Origin: Flavobacteriales bacterium
GTDB lineage: Bacteria > Bacteroidota > Bacteroidia > Flavobacteriales_D > CAJJDF01
DNA length: 64,000 bases
Reading direction: 5' to 3'
Assembly (NCBI GenBank): GCA_965660305.1
Contig: CBFHZD010000003.1
Coordinates: 67,379-131,378, forward strand
In this document: positions 41,958-52,872 of the stretch, piece by piece
Position numbering within the stretch: position 1 is the first letter of the stretch
How the letters are laid out: every line of letters starts with the position of its first letter
The notes under the pieces: generated by a model
Seen by the model: the letters and a program-made list of their open reading frames with translations, nothing else
Database searches by the model: none
What the model was told of the DNA's origin: nothing
Translations under genes and position numbers: made by a program

Positions 41958-42758
41958 TTGAAGAATAGAAAAAAATATAAACACAATAAACCATTATCGT
42001 CTAGGCTTATTTCCTGGGGCATTGGAATTTGGATTGTGGCAAATATATTTTTTGTATCAAATGAGTACTATTCTTTTCAGCTTCTTTGGGAATCATTCTT
42101 TCCTGTTCATTACAAAGCATACAATGAATTCGGCATTAAACTACCTACACAGCACAAAATTAATGGAATAGACGTTTCTCATCATCAAGGCTCTATTAAT
42201 TGGCAAATGGTAAGAAATATGAAAGATGAAGAGGTGTCACTTCAGTTTGCGTTTATAAAGGCAACTGAAGGAGTTTCTTTTGTGGACAAGAGGTTCAATG
42301 TAAATTGGCTAAATTCCAAAAGACATGACATTGTCAGAGGAGCTTACCATTATTTCAAACCAAACCAAAAAGGACAGGAGCAGGCAAATCATTTTATAAG
42401 AAATGTAAAACTCAAAGTGGGAGATCTACCGCCAGTCATAGATATAGAAGAACTGGGAGATATTTCTCCAAATCGACTGATGGAAGGGTTGCTAATTTGT
42501 GCCAAACAACTTGAAAAACATTATGGCGTAAAACCTATTATTTATACCTATCAAGATTTTTATAAACTTAATTTTGACAACACCTTTCAGGATTACCCTT
42601 TATGGATTGCTCATTACTATAAAGAAACTCCAACTCTAAAGAATTGGGATTTTTGGCAACATAACGATAAGGGCAAGGTTTCAGGAATAAATTACCCTGT
42701 AGATTTCAATGTGTTTTCAGGGGATTCTCTGGAATTTCATGAGATATTAATAAAGTAA
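41958..42758 (+). CDS. GH25 family lysozyme/muramidase with N-terminal membrane anchor
   Basis: GIDVSHHQG, FIKATEG, GAYHYF, DIEE, LWIAHY, VDFN. Confidence 0.92.
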   Translation: MKNRKKYKHNKPLSSRLISWGIGIWIVANIFFVSNEYYSFQLLWESFFPVHYKAYNEFGIKLPTQHKINGIDVSHHQGSINWQMVRNMKDEEVSLQFAFIKATEGVSFVDKRFNVNWLNSKRHDIVRGAYHYFKPNQKGQEQANHFIRNVKLKVGDLPPVIDIEELGDISPNRLMEGLLICAKQLEKHYGVKPIIYTYQDFYKLNFDNTFQDYPLWIAHYYKETPTLKNWDFWQHNDKGKVSGINYPVDFNVFSGDSLEFHEILIK

Positions 42759-42797
42759 ATCAGGGCAATACATGATTCTAATTTTTATCTTTGCCCT

Positions 42798-43568
42798 ATG
42801 ATTTTGACGGATACACACACTCATTTATACGCAGAGCAATTTGATGAAGATAGAGACTTGGTCATTGAAAACTGTTTAAAAAATGGAATCAACAGATTGT
42901 TTTTGCCTAATATTGATAAAGATTCGGTAGAAGGGATGTTAGACTTGACAAACAAATATCCTGAAAACTGTTTCCCCATGATAGGCATACATCCTTGTTC
43001 CGTTGACGAAAATTGGAAAAAAGAACTGAAGCAATACAAAGATCTGATTCTAAGAAATTCTTTCTGTGCGATAGGCGAAATAGGAATTGATTTGTACTGG
43101 GATAAATCAACTTTAGCTCTTCAGCAGGAAGCCTTTGAAGCTCAAATTTTATGGGCAAAAGAAATGAAACTTCCTATCGTAATTCATGCTAGAGATGCCT
43201 TTGATGAAATATTTACAATAATGGAAAAACACAACGATGAGCATCTTAGAGGTATTTTTCATTGCTTTACGGGTAATTTAAAGCAGGCCAAAACCATTTT
43301 AAGTTTTGGCGGTTTTAAGCTTGGAATAGGAGGGGTGGTGACTTTTAAAAATAGCGGTTTGGATAAAGTTGTGAAGGAAATTCCTCTGAAAGATTTGGTT
43401 TTGGAAACTGACTCTCCTTATTTGGCTCCGCATCCAAACAGAGGAAAAAGAAACGAATCCACCTATTTGCAACTCATTGCCCAAAAAGTAGCTGAGATTC
43501 ATGAAACAACCATAGAGCAAGTAGCCAAAATAACGACCCAAAACAGCCAAGAAATATTTGGTTTATAA
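42798..43568 (+). CDS. tatD: TatD family deoxyribonuclease
   Basis: DTHTHL, GIHP, GEIGID, IHARDA, FHCF, ETDSPYL. Confidence 0.93.
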   Translation: MILTDTHTHLYAEQFDEDRDLVIENCLKNGINRLFLPNIDKDSVEGMLDLTNKYPENCFPMIGIHPCSVDENWKKELKQYKDLILRNSFCAIGEIGIDLYWDKSTLALQQEAFEAQILWAKEMKLPIVIHARDAFDEIFTIMEKHNDEHLRGIFHCFTGNLKQAKTILSFGGFKLGIGGVVTFKNSGLDKVVKEIPLKDLVLETDSPYLAPHPNRGKRNESTYLQLIAQKVAEIHETTIEQVAKITTQNSQEIFGL

Positions 43569-43661
43569 TAATTTGGTAGGATAATTGTAAGGAATTGATT
43601 CTAAACCTGATTCAATATTATAGAATGATTTTGTAAATTTGACTAAATACATAAATAACCT

Positions 43662-44198
43662 ATGAAAAAAACAATTTTAATAATCTCAATGGCCAGTGTT
43701 GTTGCTTTCGTTACAATGAGTGCAATAGGAACGAACGAGAAAACTCCAAGAACAGAAAAAACTGAAGCAAGTCCTGAGCTAAAATGGTACACCGACTTCA
43801 CTCAAGCTCATGAATTATCTGAAAAAACTGGAAAACCAATTTTTGGTTTTTTTACAGGAAGTGATTGGTGCGGATGGTGCAAAAGATTACAAGCTAATGT
43901 ATTTGCTAAAGATAATTTTAAGGAATGGGCTGATAAATCTGTGATTTTACTAGAACTAGATTTTCCAAGAAGAAGTAAATTGCCACCAAAATTAGCTCAA
44001 CAAAACAGAGAGTTAGCACAGTTGTTCAAAGTAAAAGGATATCCAACGGTTTGGATTTTTGATACTGTGAAAGATTCAGAAACCAATCAAATGAGTATAA
44101 ATGCACTAGGATCCCTGGGGTACCCGAGAGCTCAAGCAGGAAAAGAAGCTGAAAAATTTGTAGCAGATGCAAAAGCGCTTTTGGCAAAGAAACAATAA
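43662..44198 (+). CDS. Exported thioredoxin-fold protein
   Basis: Signal peptide, FTGSDWCGWC, GYPT. Confidence 0.88.
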   Translation: MKKTILIISMASVVAFVTMSAIGTNEKTPRTEKTEASPELKWYTDFTQAHELSEKTGKPIFGFFTGSDWCGWCKRLQANVFAKDNFKEWADKSVILLELDFPRRSKLPPKLAQQNRELAQLFKVKGYPTVWIFDTVKDSETNQMSINALGSLGYPRAQAGKEAEKFVADAKALLAKKQ

Positions 44199-44259
44199 CT
44201 AACCTTCGATTCTTTTTTACATTTTTTGATATTTCAACCATGTTAGAATATCTTTGAAA

Positions 44260-45405
44260 ATGAAAAATAACAAGAACAGAAACCTAATAGAAATAGCTCA
44301 AGTTTTTTTTAAACTTGGGCTATTTGCTTTTGGTGGCCCGGCAGCTCATATTGCCATGATGGAAGAGGAAGTTGTAAGAAAAAGAAAATGGATAGATCAC
44401 TCTCATTTTCTTGATTTGATGGGAGCTACTAATTTAATTCCTGGTCCCAATTCTACGGAATTGACAATGCACTGCGGCTATGTGAGGGGTGGAGTATTGG
44501 GGTTATTTATCGCGGGTATTTGTTTTATTTTTCCGGCAGTAATTCTAACTGGTCTATTGGCGTTTTTATATGTGGAATTCGGACAAATACCAGCTATAGA
44601 GCCATTTATCTTAGGAATCAAACCCGCAATTTTAGCTGTGATTTTAGGTGCAGTATTCAAATTAGGAAAAAAAGCATTAAAAAATTGGCAATTGGGAGTT
44701 TTGGCAGGGTTGGTAATACTTGTCAGCTTTTTGGGAGTGAATGAAGTTACTGCACTACTTTCTGCAGGACTTTTAGGTGGATTGTTCTTTTATGGAGTGA
44801 ACGAATATCATGAAAATAAAAACTACAAGTCAATCTCTTTTTTTGCCATTCCATTACTTTCTCCGATTGTTGCAAAAACAGCACTTTCAACCTCAAAGAT
44901 ATTCTGGACATTTTTGAAAGTGGGTTCCGTTTTATATGGAAGTGGTTATGTTCTATTTGCTTATCTCAAGGGTGAGCTGGTTGAACCAGGATATTTACAA
45001 ATGAATGAGTTAATAGATGCAATAGCAGTTGGGCAATTTACACCGGGACCAGTTTTGTCCACTGCAACATTTATTGGGTATCAATTAGGAGGTTTTGGTG
45101 GAGCATTGGCTGCAACTTTAGGAATATTTCTTCCTTCATTTGTGTTTGTTTGGATGCTTAACCCGTTGATTACAAGATTGCGAAAGAATAAATTTTTAGG
45201 ATATTTCTTAGACTCGGTAAACGTTGCAGCAGTGGCCATTATGGTTGTCGTTCTTCTAGAAATGTCTGTAGAAACCATAATTAATTGGCAAAGTGGAGTG
45301 ATAGCAATATTAGGATTAATATTTGTATTCGGCCCTAAAAAACTCAGTTCAATTTGGATTGTAGTAGGTGGTAGCTCGCTTGGATTTCTATTGTCTCTTA
45401 TATAA
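44260..45405 (+). CDS. chrA: Chromate efflux transporter (long-chain CHR)
   Basis: FGGPAAHIAMM, IPGPNSTE, YGSGYVL, TPGP; two homologous halves. Confidence 0.92.
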   Translation: MKNNKNRNLIEIAQVFFKLGLFAFGGPAAHIAMMEEEVVRKRKWIDHSHFLDLMGATNLIPGPNSTELTMHCGYVRGGVLGLFIAGICFIFPAVILTGLLAFLYVEFGQIPAIEPFILGIKPAILAVILGAVFKLGKKALKNWQLGVLAGLVILVSFLGVNEVTALLSAGLLGGLFFYGVNEYHENKNYKSISFFAIPLLSPIVAKTALSTSKIFWTFLKVGSVLYGSGYVLFAYLKGELVEPGYLQMNELIDAIAVGQFTPGPVLSTATFIGYQLGGFGGALAATLGIFLPSFVFVWMLNPLITRLRKNKFLGYFLDSVNVAAVAIMVVVLLEMSVETIINWQSGVIAILGLIFVFGPKKLSSIWIVVGGSSLGFLLSLI

Positions 45406-45762
45406 AATTAAATAGTTAACAAACCATTAGTTCGAGAAATACGCAATCCATTTAAGTTTGATTGTTTTATTTAAAGTATCATTGCTTTTATAAAATATGA
45501 ATTAACGGTCCTTTAAATTAGGATCCTTTTTGACATTGTTAATGAAAAGAAATTTATTTCAATTTTATAAGATTGACAATGCTAAATACTTTCATATTTC
45601 GTAAAATACTGTAGGATTATCTATACAATGAAATTATGAGTAACTATTAAGGGAGTGTTGGAATAGTTTATTTAGTTAATTATTCCCATTTTTAATATAT
45701 CTATAAGTATTTATTATAATTATTGAACACAGTCATAGGCTAATCAATTATCTGATTATCCA

Positions 45763-45790
45763 ATTTAACATAATATAAATTATAAGACAA
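45763..45790 (-). other. dif: dif site (XerC/XerD chromosome-dimer resolution site)
   Basis: Minus strand TTGTCTTATAA-TTTATA-TTATGTTAAAT; XerD arm identical to E. coli dif, 6-bp spacer differs by 1 nt, XerC arm keeps ATAA; non-coding, between convergent genes. Confidence 0.82.
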
Positions 45791-45806
45791 ATGTAGATAT
45801 AAGGAA

Positions 45807-46454
45807 CTAGTCTCGTGCCTTTCGTTCTAACATCGGTACAAACTTAAAATCCCCAAAAGTTTCCTTGGTATATTCATTTTCTAAAACTTTTGTAATCAAA
45901 GTCATAATTTGTTTTTCTTCACCAATAGGAATCACCAATCGGCCACCAAGCTTTAATTGAATCAACAAATCTTCTGGGACAAACGGTGCTCCACAAGTTA
46001 CAATAATTGAATCGTATGGCGCATATGCCGGAATTCCTTTATAGCCGTCTCCATAGTACAATTTTGCCGTTGAGTAATTCATTCTAGACAAAATCCTTTT
46101 TGTTCGATCAAAAAGTTCTTTTTGTCTTTCTATGGAATAAACTTTAGCTCCTAATTCACACAGTACTGTGGTTTGGTAACCTGAACCTGTTCCTATTTCT
46201 AATACTTTGTGTCCCTTTTCCACCTTCAATAATTGAGATTGAAAAGCTACTGTGTAAGGATGTGAAATTGTCTGTCCAGATCCAATAGGAAAAGCCTTGT
46301 TTTCATAGGCATGTTCAGCAAAAGCTGTGTCCAAAAAGAAATGTCTGGGGATTTTTCCAATAGCCTCAATGACTCTTAAGTCATTGATCCCTTTTTCTGC
46401 AATTTCCTCTGCCAGTTGCTTTCTTAATCCCTTATGTCTGTAACTATCTATCAC
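45807..46454 (-). CDS. pcm: Protein-L-isoaspartate O-methyltransferase
   Basis: IPRHFF, GQTISHP, LEIGTGSGY, GDGYKG, GGRLVIP, FVPML. Confidence 0.95.
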   Translation of the reverse strand: MIDSYRHKGLRKQLAEEIAEKGINDLRVIEAIGKIPRHFFLDTAFAEHAYENKAFPIGSGQTISHPYTVAFQSQLLKVEKGHKVLEIGTGSGYQTTVLCELGAKVYSIERQKELFDRTKRILSRMNYSTAKLYYGDGYKGIPAYAPYDSIIVTCGAPFVPEDLLIQLKLGGRLVIPIGEEKQIMTLITKVLENEYTKETFGDFKFVPMLERKARD

Positions 46455-46573
46455 TTTGTTATTAGCTCGTTATATTTTAATGCAGCAGGTTGCTGGTTTT
46501 GTTATCTCCTCAAATGCTTATTCACATATTTTCTGTCAGTCATAAATCTTAAAGCCAAGCAACGATCATAAGT

Positions 46574-48790
46574 CTATTTTCTATTTTCCTCAGAAACATT
46601 ATTCTCCATCACGTAATTCAAAACTTTAGTCATTAAATGAACTCTGTCTTTTCCTCTTACATTATGTGGATGCATGGGATAAGGAAAAAAGTCAAGCTGA
46701 ATTCCGTCTTTAACCGCTTGTTGAACAAGTGCCAAATTGTGCTGTATTACCACCACATCATCTATAGTTCCGTGAATAAGCAATAGATTTCCATCTAAAT
46801 TTTTCACATATTGTAACAAACTATTTTCAGCATATCCGTCAGGGTTTTCTTTGGGTGAATCCATGTATCTTTCTCCATACATAATTTCATACCACTTCCA
46901 GTCTATCACTGGTCCTCCAGCTACTGCTGTCGTAAATACACCTGGGTGTCTCAACATCAAAGAGGTAGTCATAAAACCACCATAGCTCCATCCATGAACA
47001 GCTAGTCTTTTTGGATCTACAAAGGAAAGAGATTTAAGATACTCTACTCCTGTCAATTGATCTTCCATTTCTACTTTTCCAATTTGTCTATGGATTTGAT
47101 TTTCGAAGGCAAGTCCCCTATTTGCTGATCCTCTGCCATCTACAGTAAACACAATATACCCCTGATTTGCCATCCAATGCATCCACATACTTGCTCCACC
47201 GCCCCAACTATTGGTAATCATTTGGGCATGAGGACCACCATAGACATAAATTAAAACAGGATATTTTTTACTCGAATCAAAATCATAAGGTTTAAATAGC
47301 CTTGAATATAGCTTTTCACCTCCTTTTGAGGTTAATTCGCCCATTTCCATTGTTGCCATTTTGTAATCACTTACAGGATTTTCCGCCTTGTGAATTATGG
47401 TTTTTTCATCAGTTTCCACATGTATTAACTGTGTATTTCTAGGTATTGTTAAGCTCGAGTATGAATCTAACACATACCTACCAGTGGAACTTAAAACTCC
47501 GTTGTGAGTTCCTTGATTTTCAGTTAACCTAACGTTTTCGCCAGTTTCAATATTTACTTTATAAAGGTGCTTTTGTCTTCCATCCTCGCCTGTTGCTTGA
47601 ACAAATGCCATATTTCCAGCTTCATTCATCCCCAAGAATGAAGTGATAGGAAACTGAAATTTAGTGAGTTGACTCCACTTTCCTGAGGCTATATTTACTT
47701 TATATAAATTCATAAATCCATCTTTCTCGCTCAGCCATAGCATTGTATTGTCATTTTGAGTTGGAAAAAAGCCAGGATTTTCGGGTTCTATCCATTTTTC
47801 ATGTTTCTCCTCAAAAACAGTCCTTACTTTCTTTTTATTGGTAACATCATATTCATTGAAGTGCATATGATTCTGAGCTCTGTTAACTTCGGCAATGTAT
47901 ATTTTTTTCTCATCGGGAGACCAAGTAAGGTTCGTTAAGTAATGATCATCCTTTTCTCCTCCTGTTTTCAGATTCATTTTTCGTTTTACCAATCCCAAAA
48001 ATGATGAACTTCCTTTTTTAAGGTGATACACTCCTACTTTACCGTATTCGCTTTTTTGACCAGCCATCGGATATTTAATAGCATTCAAAGCTCCCGGTGT
48101 TTCATTGATATTTAATAAAGGATAATCTGCTACATCTGATTCATCTTTTTGATAAAAAGCAATTGAATTTCCGTTGGGCGACCAAAAAATCCCCTTCGAT
48201 ATTCCAAACTCAAACCTATGAATAGCTTGTCCTGTTACTATGTTTTTGTCTTCGTTTTCTACAATTTTTATTTTGCTTTTTCTGGTTGTAGCCAAATACA
48301 AATTGTTGTCAATTGTATAGGCAACTGCTTGTGCTTTGTAATTAAAACTTCTGTTTTGTGCTTCTTTAGGTGTAATTATTACCGCTTTATTCCCTTTGTC
48401 TTTTCCTCTATACGTGTAAATAACTACTGCCCCATTTTTTGTAAAAACTAAGTCATTTTCATATATCTCTTGAATGTTGGGAACTCTTTTAAACTGTACA
48501 AAATCCTTCAAAAAGAAATCTAAATCCAATACAAACTCTTGTGTATTGGTTTTTGCATCCTTCATAATGTATTTCCCATCCTCCATATAAATGTATGAGT
48601 CCTTACCCCTTACCCATTGAAAACCTCTTAGACTTTTTGGATATAAACCTTTGTAATAACCAAGAACTGCATCTTCTAGTGATAATTCTTTTTTTATGTC
48701 ATCCTCCATGCGGACTGCTCCCAGATTTTGCTCTTGGCTATAAACGCCAACATATATAAGAATAAATAATAGTGTAATTGAGTGTTTCAT
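46574..48790 (-). CDS. S9B dipeptidyl-peptidase IV family protein
   Basis: Signal peptide, beta-propeller region, YGGP, GWSYGG nucleophile motif, DDVV, HNV. Confidence 0.93.
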   Translation of the reverse strand: MKHSITLLFILIYVGVYSQEQNLGAVRMEDDIKKELSLEDAVLGYYKGLYPKSLRGFQWVRGKDSYIYMEDGKYIMKDAKTNTQEFVLDLDFFLKDFVQFKRVPNIQEIYENDLVFTKNGAVVIYTYRGKDKGNKAVIITPKEAQNRSFNYKAQAVAYTIDNNLYLATTRKSKIKIVENEDKNIVTGQAIHRFEFGISKGIFWSPNGNSIAFYQKDESDVADYPLLNINETPGALNAIKYPMAGQKSEYGKVGVYHLKKGSSSFLGLVKRKMNLKTGGEKDDHYLTNLTWSPDEKKIYIAEVNRAQNHMHFNEYDVTNKKKVRTVFEEKHEKWIEPENPGFFPTQNDNTMLWLSEKDGFMNLYKVNIASGKWSQLTKFQFPITSFLGMNEAGNMAFVQATGEDGRQKHLYKVNIETGENVRLTENQGTHNGVLSSTGRYVLDSYSSLTIPRNTQLIHVETDEKTIIHKAENPVSDYKMATMEMGELTSKGGEKLYSRLFKPYDFDSSKKYPVLIYVYGGPHAQMITNSWGGGASMWMHWMANQGYIVFTVDGRGSANRGLAFENQIHRQIGKVEMEDQLTGVEYLKSLSFVDPKRLAVHGWSYGGFMTTSLMLRHPGVFTTAVAGGPVIDWKWYEIMYGERYMDSPKENPDGYAENSLLQYVKNLDGNLLLIHGTIDDVVVIQHNLALVQQAVKDGIQLDFFPYPMHPHNVRGKDRVHLMTKVLNYVMENNVSEENRK

Positions 48791-48792
48791 GC

Positions 48793-50094
48793 CTACAAAT
48801 TGTAAATAAAATGTTTTAATTCAGAATAATAAGATCTTAATTCTTCAGAACTTGATGGATTAATCCTAGCGTAATTGTTATAACTTTTCTTACCCTTATA
48901 TCTCAAAAAGTAAATGTGGTATTCATATGAAAACCAACGAGCTATCACACAGGAGATAAAATACCAAAACCAAATGTAATGATCCGTAAATAAAGAAACG
49001 ACAAAGGATTGAATGCACCAGAAAAAAAACATAAGAAATCCACCTAGTACCATATTGATAGAGCTATCGTATTGCCTATCTTTTATTTTGTCCAAAATTA
49101 ACTTTTGTGGTAAGATTGCCGGAATAAAGCTATTTATGAATCCATACAGCGCCAGAGGAAAACCTAATACCAAACCGAGAATTGGAATCACTAAATTGTG
49201 TTGTTCCTTTTCAAATAAATAAGGACGTAGTTCATGTTTCTTACAAACTTCATTCATCTGAATTACTTTGCTCTTTATCTCTGATGACTCATTTTTGTTG
49301 TTTTCAAAAAAGTGAGTCAGCTTTCCGTTTTTTTCTTTGTTCCATTTAAATTTATTGATGAGGCTAACACGTTTTCTTCTAATCTTACCTAAAAGAAAAT
49401 CATAAACTTCATAAAAATCATTCGCTGAATAATCGAGCATCTCATTTCTCAATCCCTGCTCAATTTCGAGCATAAGAGGAGTGAAAAGCTCGTTTTCATT
49501 CTTGAAACTAGAGACAGATTCAAAAACATCTGAAGCATTAATTGCCTTTCCATAGCTCACCAATAAATCGGCAGATTTGTTTCTAGTATTCGAATAATTT
49601 AATCCCACAGGAACAATCCAAATATCATTATCCGATTCATTGTGAGATTGCATGGCAATTCTAGCTATTCCTTTTTTTAATGGTCTTAATTTGTTCTGTG
49701 TGTTATGACTTCCTTCCGGAAAAATTATTATACGTCCTTTGGTTGAGAGTATTTCACTACATCGATCGAATATCGCTACGTTTTTTTCTTTAAAATCTGC
49801 ACCGTCTCTTTCTCTGTAAATGGGTAACATATTCAATGAATACAATATTTTTGCAATGAATGGATTTTTAAAAACATCCGATTTGGTCAAGAAAAAAACG
49901 GGATACCTATTCGTTGTGGCAATAACTATAGGATCTATCAACGAGTTTTGATGATTGGCTGCAAATATTACCGGTTTATTCTTAGGAATATTTGATAAAC
50001 CTCTTCTAAATACTCTGGTAAAGTAGCCTTGTTTAGTAAACCAAACAAGTACAAAGGTAATTGCATACGGGATTGTCCAATTCTTTATTCGCAT
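48793..50094 (-). CDS. Membrane-bound glycerolipid acyltransferase (PlsC superfamily)
   Basis: NHQNSLIDP, PIYR, FPEGSH, VPVGLNY; C-terminal TM segments. Confidence 0.82.
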   Translation of the reverse strand: MRIKNWTIPYAITFVLVWFTKQGYFTRVFRRGLSNIPKNKPVIFAANHQNSLIDPIVIATTNRYPVFFLTKSDVFKNPFIAKILYSLNMLPIYRERDGADFKEKNVAIFDRCSEILSTKGRIIIFPEGSHNTQNKLRPLKKGIARIAMQSHNESDNDIWIVPVGLNYSNTRNKSADLLVSYGKAINASDVFESVSSFKNENELFTPLMLEIEQGLRNEMLDYSANDFYEVYDFLLGKIRRKRVSLINKFKWNKEKNGKLTHFFENNKNESSEIKSKVIQMNEVCKKHELRPYLFEKEQHNLVIPILGLVLGFPLALYGFINSFIPAILPQKLILDKIKDRQYDSSINMVLGGFLMFFFWCIQSFVVSLFTDHYIWFWYFISCVIARWFSYEYHIYFLRYKGKKSYNNYARINPSSSEELRSYYSELKHFIYNL

Positions 50095-50166
50095 TTCATT
50101 TGTTTATCATTCCTACTATTATTTTCGGAAAGAATAAATATAAGTGTTTTCTGTGTGTATTGAAAT

Positions 50167-50202
50167 AAAAAATCCGTCCTAATTTTAAATCAGAACGGAT
50201 TT
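50167..50202 (-). terminator. Terminator after nqrF
   Basis: AAATCCGTCCT..AGAACGGATTT hairpin with a flanking A-tract. Confidence 0.7.
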
Positions 50203-50223
50203 CGGTATTATTATAAACTTTGA

Positions 50224-51525
50224 TTATCCTCCAAAGTCATCAAATCTTACATTCTCATTTGGAACACCCCAATCGTCACACATTTTGATAACGGCTTGGT
50301 TCATCATTGGTGGTCCACAGAAGTAAAATTCTATATCTTCCGGTGCATCATGTTTGGATAAGTATTGATCGATCACCGCATTGTGGACAAACCCAACAAA
50401 TCCATCTCCATTTTCGTCATTTATATCTTTCTTTTCTACCCAATTGTCTTCTGGTAATTGATCCGACAATACTAAGTAAAACTTAAAGTTTGGAAAATCT
50501 CTTTCTAGGTCTCTGAAATAATGGATGTAAAACAATTCAGCTTTACTTCTACCACCGTACCAATAAGTTACTTTTCTTCCAGTTTTAATTGTTTTGAACA
50601 ATTCATACAAGTGGGATCTCATTGGCGCCATTCCTGCTCCACCTCCAATGTACAACATTTCAGCATCAGAATCATTGATAAAGAATTCTCCGTAAGGACC
50701 AGATATTGTTACCTTATCTCCCACTTTTTGGTTAAATATATAAGATGATGCAACACCTGGATTTACTTTCATCCATCCATTTGCTGCTCTGTCAAATGGC
50801 GGTGTAGCAATACGTACATTCAACATTATTTTCCTTCCTTCTGCAGGGTAAGAAGCCATAGAGTATGCTCTCACAACTTCTTCTTTGTTTTCCATTACTA
50901 AGGGCCACAATCCAAACTTATCCCAGTCAGCTTTAAATTTTTCCGGTTCACCTGGGTGATCTTGAGGATGAGCCTCAATATCCATATCCTTATATGGAAT
51001 GGTACATGGTGGAATTTTAATCTGGATGTATCCTCCAGCTTTGTAATCCATATCTTCAGGAATCTCAACAATAAACTCCTTAATAAAAGTCGCTACGTTA
51101 TAGTTTGAAGAAACAGTAGCTTCCCATTCTTTAATACCTAAAATTTCTTCTTCAATTTCGATATTCATGTCTTCCTTCACTTTTACTTGGCAACCTAATC
51201 TGTGATTCGTTGCAATTTCTTTTCGAGTAAAGTGAGGTTCTTCTGTAGGTAGGATTGCTCCTCCTCCATCGTGTACTTGACAGATACATTGAACACAAGT
51301 TCCACCACCACCACAGGCAGATGGCAAAAATATTCCTTGGTTTCCTAGTGTACTCAGTAAAGTACCTCCTCCATCAACTTCCAAAATTCTTTCTCCGTTA
51401 TTGATGTTAATTTTTATTTTCCCGGAAGGTGATAATTTTGCTTTAGCGAAAAGCAACATCAACACCAAAACAAGGATGACCAATAAAAATACCGCGATTG
51501 TGATTAAAACTACTTTAAAGTCCAT
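50224..51525 (-). CDS. nqrF: Na+-NQR subunit F
   Basis: [10 protein letters not shown] 2Fe-2S motif, RAYSMA, GGAGMAP, CGPP, DDFGG. Confidence 0.97.
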   Translation of the reverse strand: MDFKVVLITIAVFLLVILVLVLMLLFAKAKLSPSGKIKININNGERILEVDGGGTLLSTLGNQGIFLPSACGGGGTCVQCICQVHDGGGAILPTEEPHFTRKEIATNHRLGCQVKVKEDMNIEIEEEILGIKEWEATVSSNYNVATFIKEFIVEIPEDMDYKAGGYIQIKIPPCTIPYKDMDIEAHPQDHPGEPEKFKADWDKFGLWPLVMENKEEVVRAYSMASYPAEGRKIMLNVRIATPPFDRAANGWMKVNPGVASSYIFNQKVGDKVTISGPYGEFFINDSDAEMLYIGGGAGMAPMRSHLYELFKTIKTGRKVTYWYGGRSKAELFYIHYFRDLERDFPNFKFYLVLSDQLPEDNWVEKKDINDENGDGFVGFVHNAVIDQYLSKHDAPEDIEFYFCGPPMMNQAVIKMCDDWGVPNENVRFDDFGG

Positions 51526-51532
51526 ATTTTTC

Positions 51533-52147
51533 TTATATATTAAATCCTAAAAATCCTAAAAATGCTAATCCCATAAGACCAGTCAAAATAAACGCCATAC
51601 CAACTCCTCTTAGTGGTGCAGGAACGTGAGAATATTTTATTTTCTCTCTAATAGCCGCAAGTAATACGATTGCAATGAACCAACCAAATCCTGATCCAAA
51701 ACCGTATACCGTTGCATGGCCTATAGAAGGAAAGTTTTTTTGTTGCATAAACAAGGATCCTCCTAAAATTGCACAGTTTACTGCAATAAGCGGCAAGAAG
51801 ATTCCAAGTGCTCCATACAAAGCTGGAGAAAATTTCTCAACTAACATTTCTACCAATTGCACTATGGATGCAATGACAGCGATGAACATAATAAAGCTCA
51901 AAAAGCTCAAATCCACATCAGCATATTCTTCACCCAACCAAGCTAATGCTCCATCCTTTAGGATATAATTCTCGAGTAAGTAGTTTACAGGTACTGTCAC
52001 TACGAGAACAAAAATTACTGCCAATCCTAGACCGAAAGCTGTTTTTACAGTTTTTGAAACCGCCAAATACGAACACATTCCAAAGAAGAATGTAAACACC
52101 ATGTTATCCACGAAGGCTGCTCTGATAAATAATTTTAATAATTCCAT
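51533..52147 (-). CDS. nqrE: Na+-NQR subunit E
   Basis: [20 protein letters not shown]. Confidence 0.96.
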   Translation of the reverse strand: MELLKLFIRAAFVDNMVFTFFFGMCSYLAVSKTVKTAFGLGLAVIFVLVVTVPVNYLLENYILKDGALAWLGEEYADVDLSFLSFIMFIAVIASIVQLVEMLVEKFSPALYGALGIFLPLIAVNCAILGGSLFMQQKNFPSIGHATVYGFGSGFGWFIAIVLLAAIREKIKYSHVPAPLRGVGMAFILTGLMGLAFLGFLGFNI

Positions 52148-52181
52148 AATTTCTTATTTCTTGTAATTTATTCTGTTAAAA

Positions 52182-52844
52182 TTAATGTTCGTCAATTAAA
52201 CTAGGTGTTTTCTTCTTTTGTATCCATATGTACAACGCTACCAATATCAAAGAAGACGGAGGAAGCAACATCAATCCGTTGTCTTCGTAACCAATTGCGT
52301 ACAAACCAGTCTGTTCTACTGAATTTCCAAATATTTCAAATCCGAGTAATTTTCCTGAACCGAATAATTCTTTGAAAAAGGCAACAACTACAAGTATTAG
52401 TCCGTATCCCAATCCATTTCCTACTCCATCTAAGATAGATTCCCAAGGTTTATTACCCAATGCAAATGCTTCTAATCTTCCCATGATTATACAGTTTGTG
52501 ATAATCAGTCCTACAAATACCGAGAGTGATTTAGATACATCGTATACAAAGGCCTTAAGTACCTGATCTACAATAATTACAAGGGCAGCCACAATTACAA
52601 GCTGAACAATAATCTTAATCTTCGATGGGATTAAGTTTCTCATTAAGGAAACAATTAAGTTTCCCATTACCAATACAAACAATACCGCAATTGACATTAC
52701 AATAGCATTATCCATTTGAACGGTAACGGCAAGAGCAGAACAAATACCAAGTACCTGAATCGTTACTGGATTATTTAAGTTCAAAGGATCTGATATTAAT
52801 TTTTTATTCTTCTTGGAGAATAAAGGTTCTTTTGTTTCAGACAT
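52182..52844 (-). CDS. nqrD: Na+-NQR subunit D
   Basis: LGICSALAVT, LIITNCIIMGR. Confidence 0.96.
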   Translation of the reverse strand: MSETKEPLFSKKNKKLISDPLNLNNPVTIQVLGICSALAVTVQMDNAIVMSIAVLFVLVMGNLIVSLMRNLIPSKIKIIVQLVIVAALVIIVDQVLKAFVYDVSKSLSVFVGLIITNCIIMGRLEAFALGNKPWESILDGVGNGLGYGLILVVVAFFKELFGSGKLLGFEIFGNSVEQTGLYAIGYEDNGLMLLPPSSLILVALYIWIQKKKTPSLIDEH

Positions 52845-52872
52845 AGTATCTATTTTTAAAAAAGAGGTTAAA

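Noticed and set aside
44199-45790. chrA as a mobile pdif module
   Set aside because: No partner dif site found upstream of chrA; the gene has a native Bacteroidota promoter and chromosomal neighbours
45406-45806. oriC (AT-rich intergenic region)
   Set aside because: No cluster of DnaA boxes; a dif-like site and convergent gene orientation point to the terminus instead
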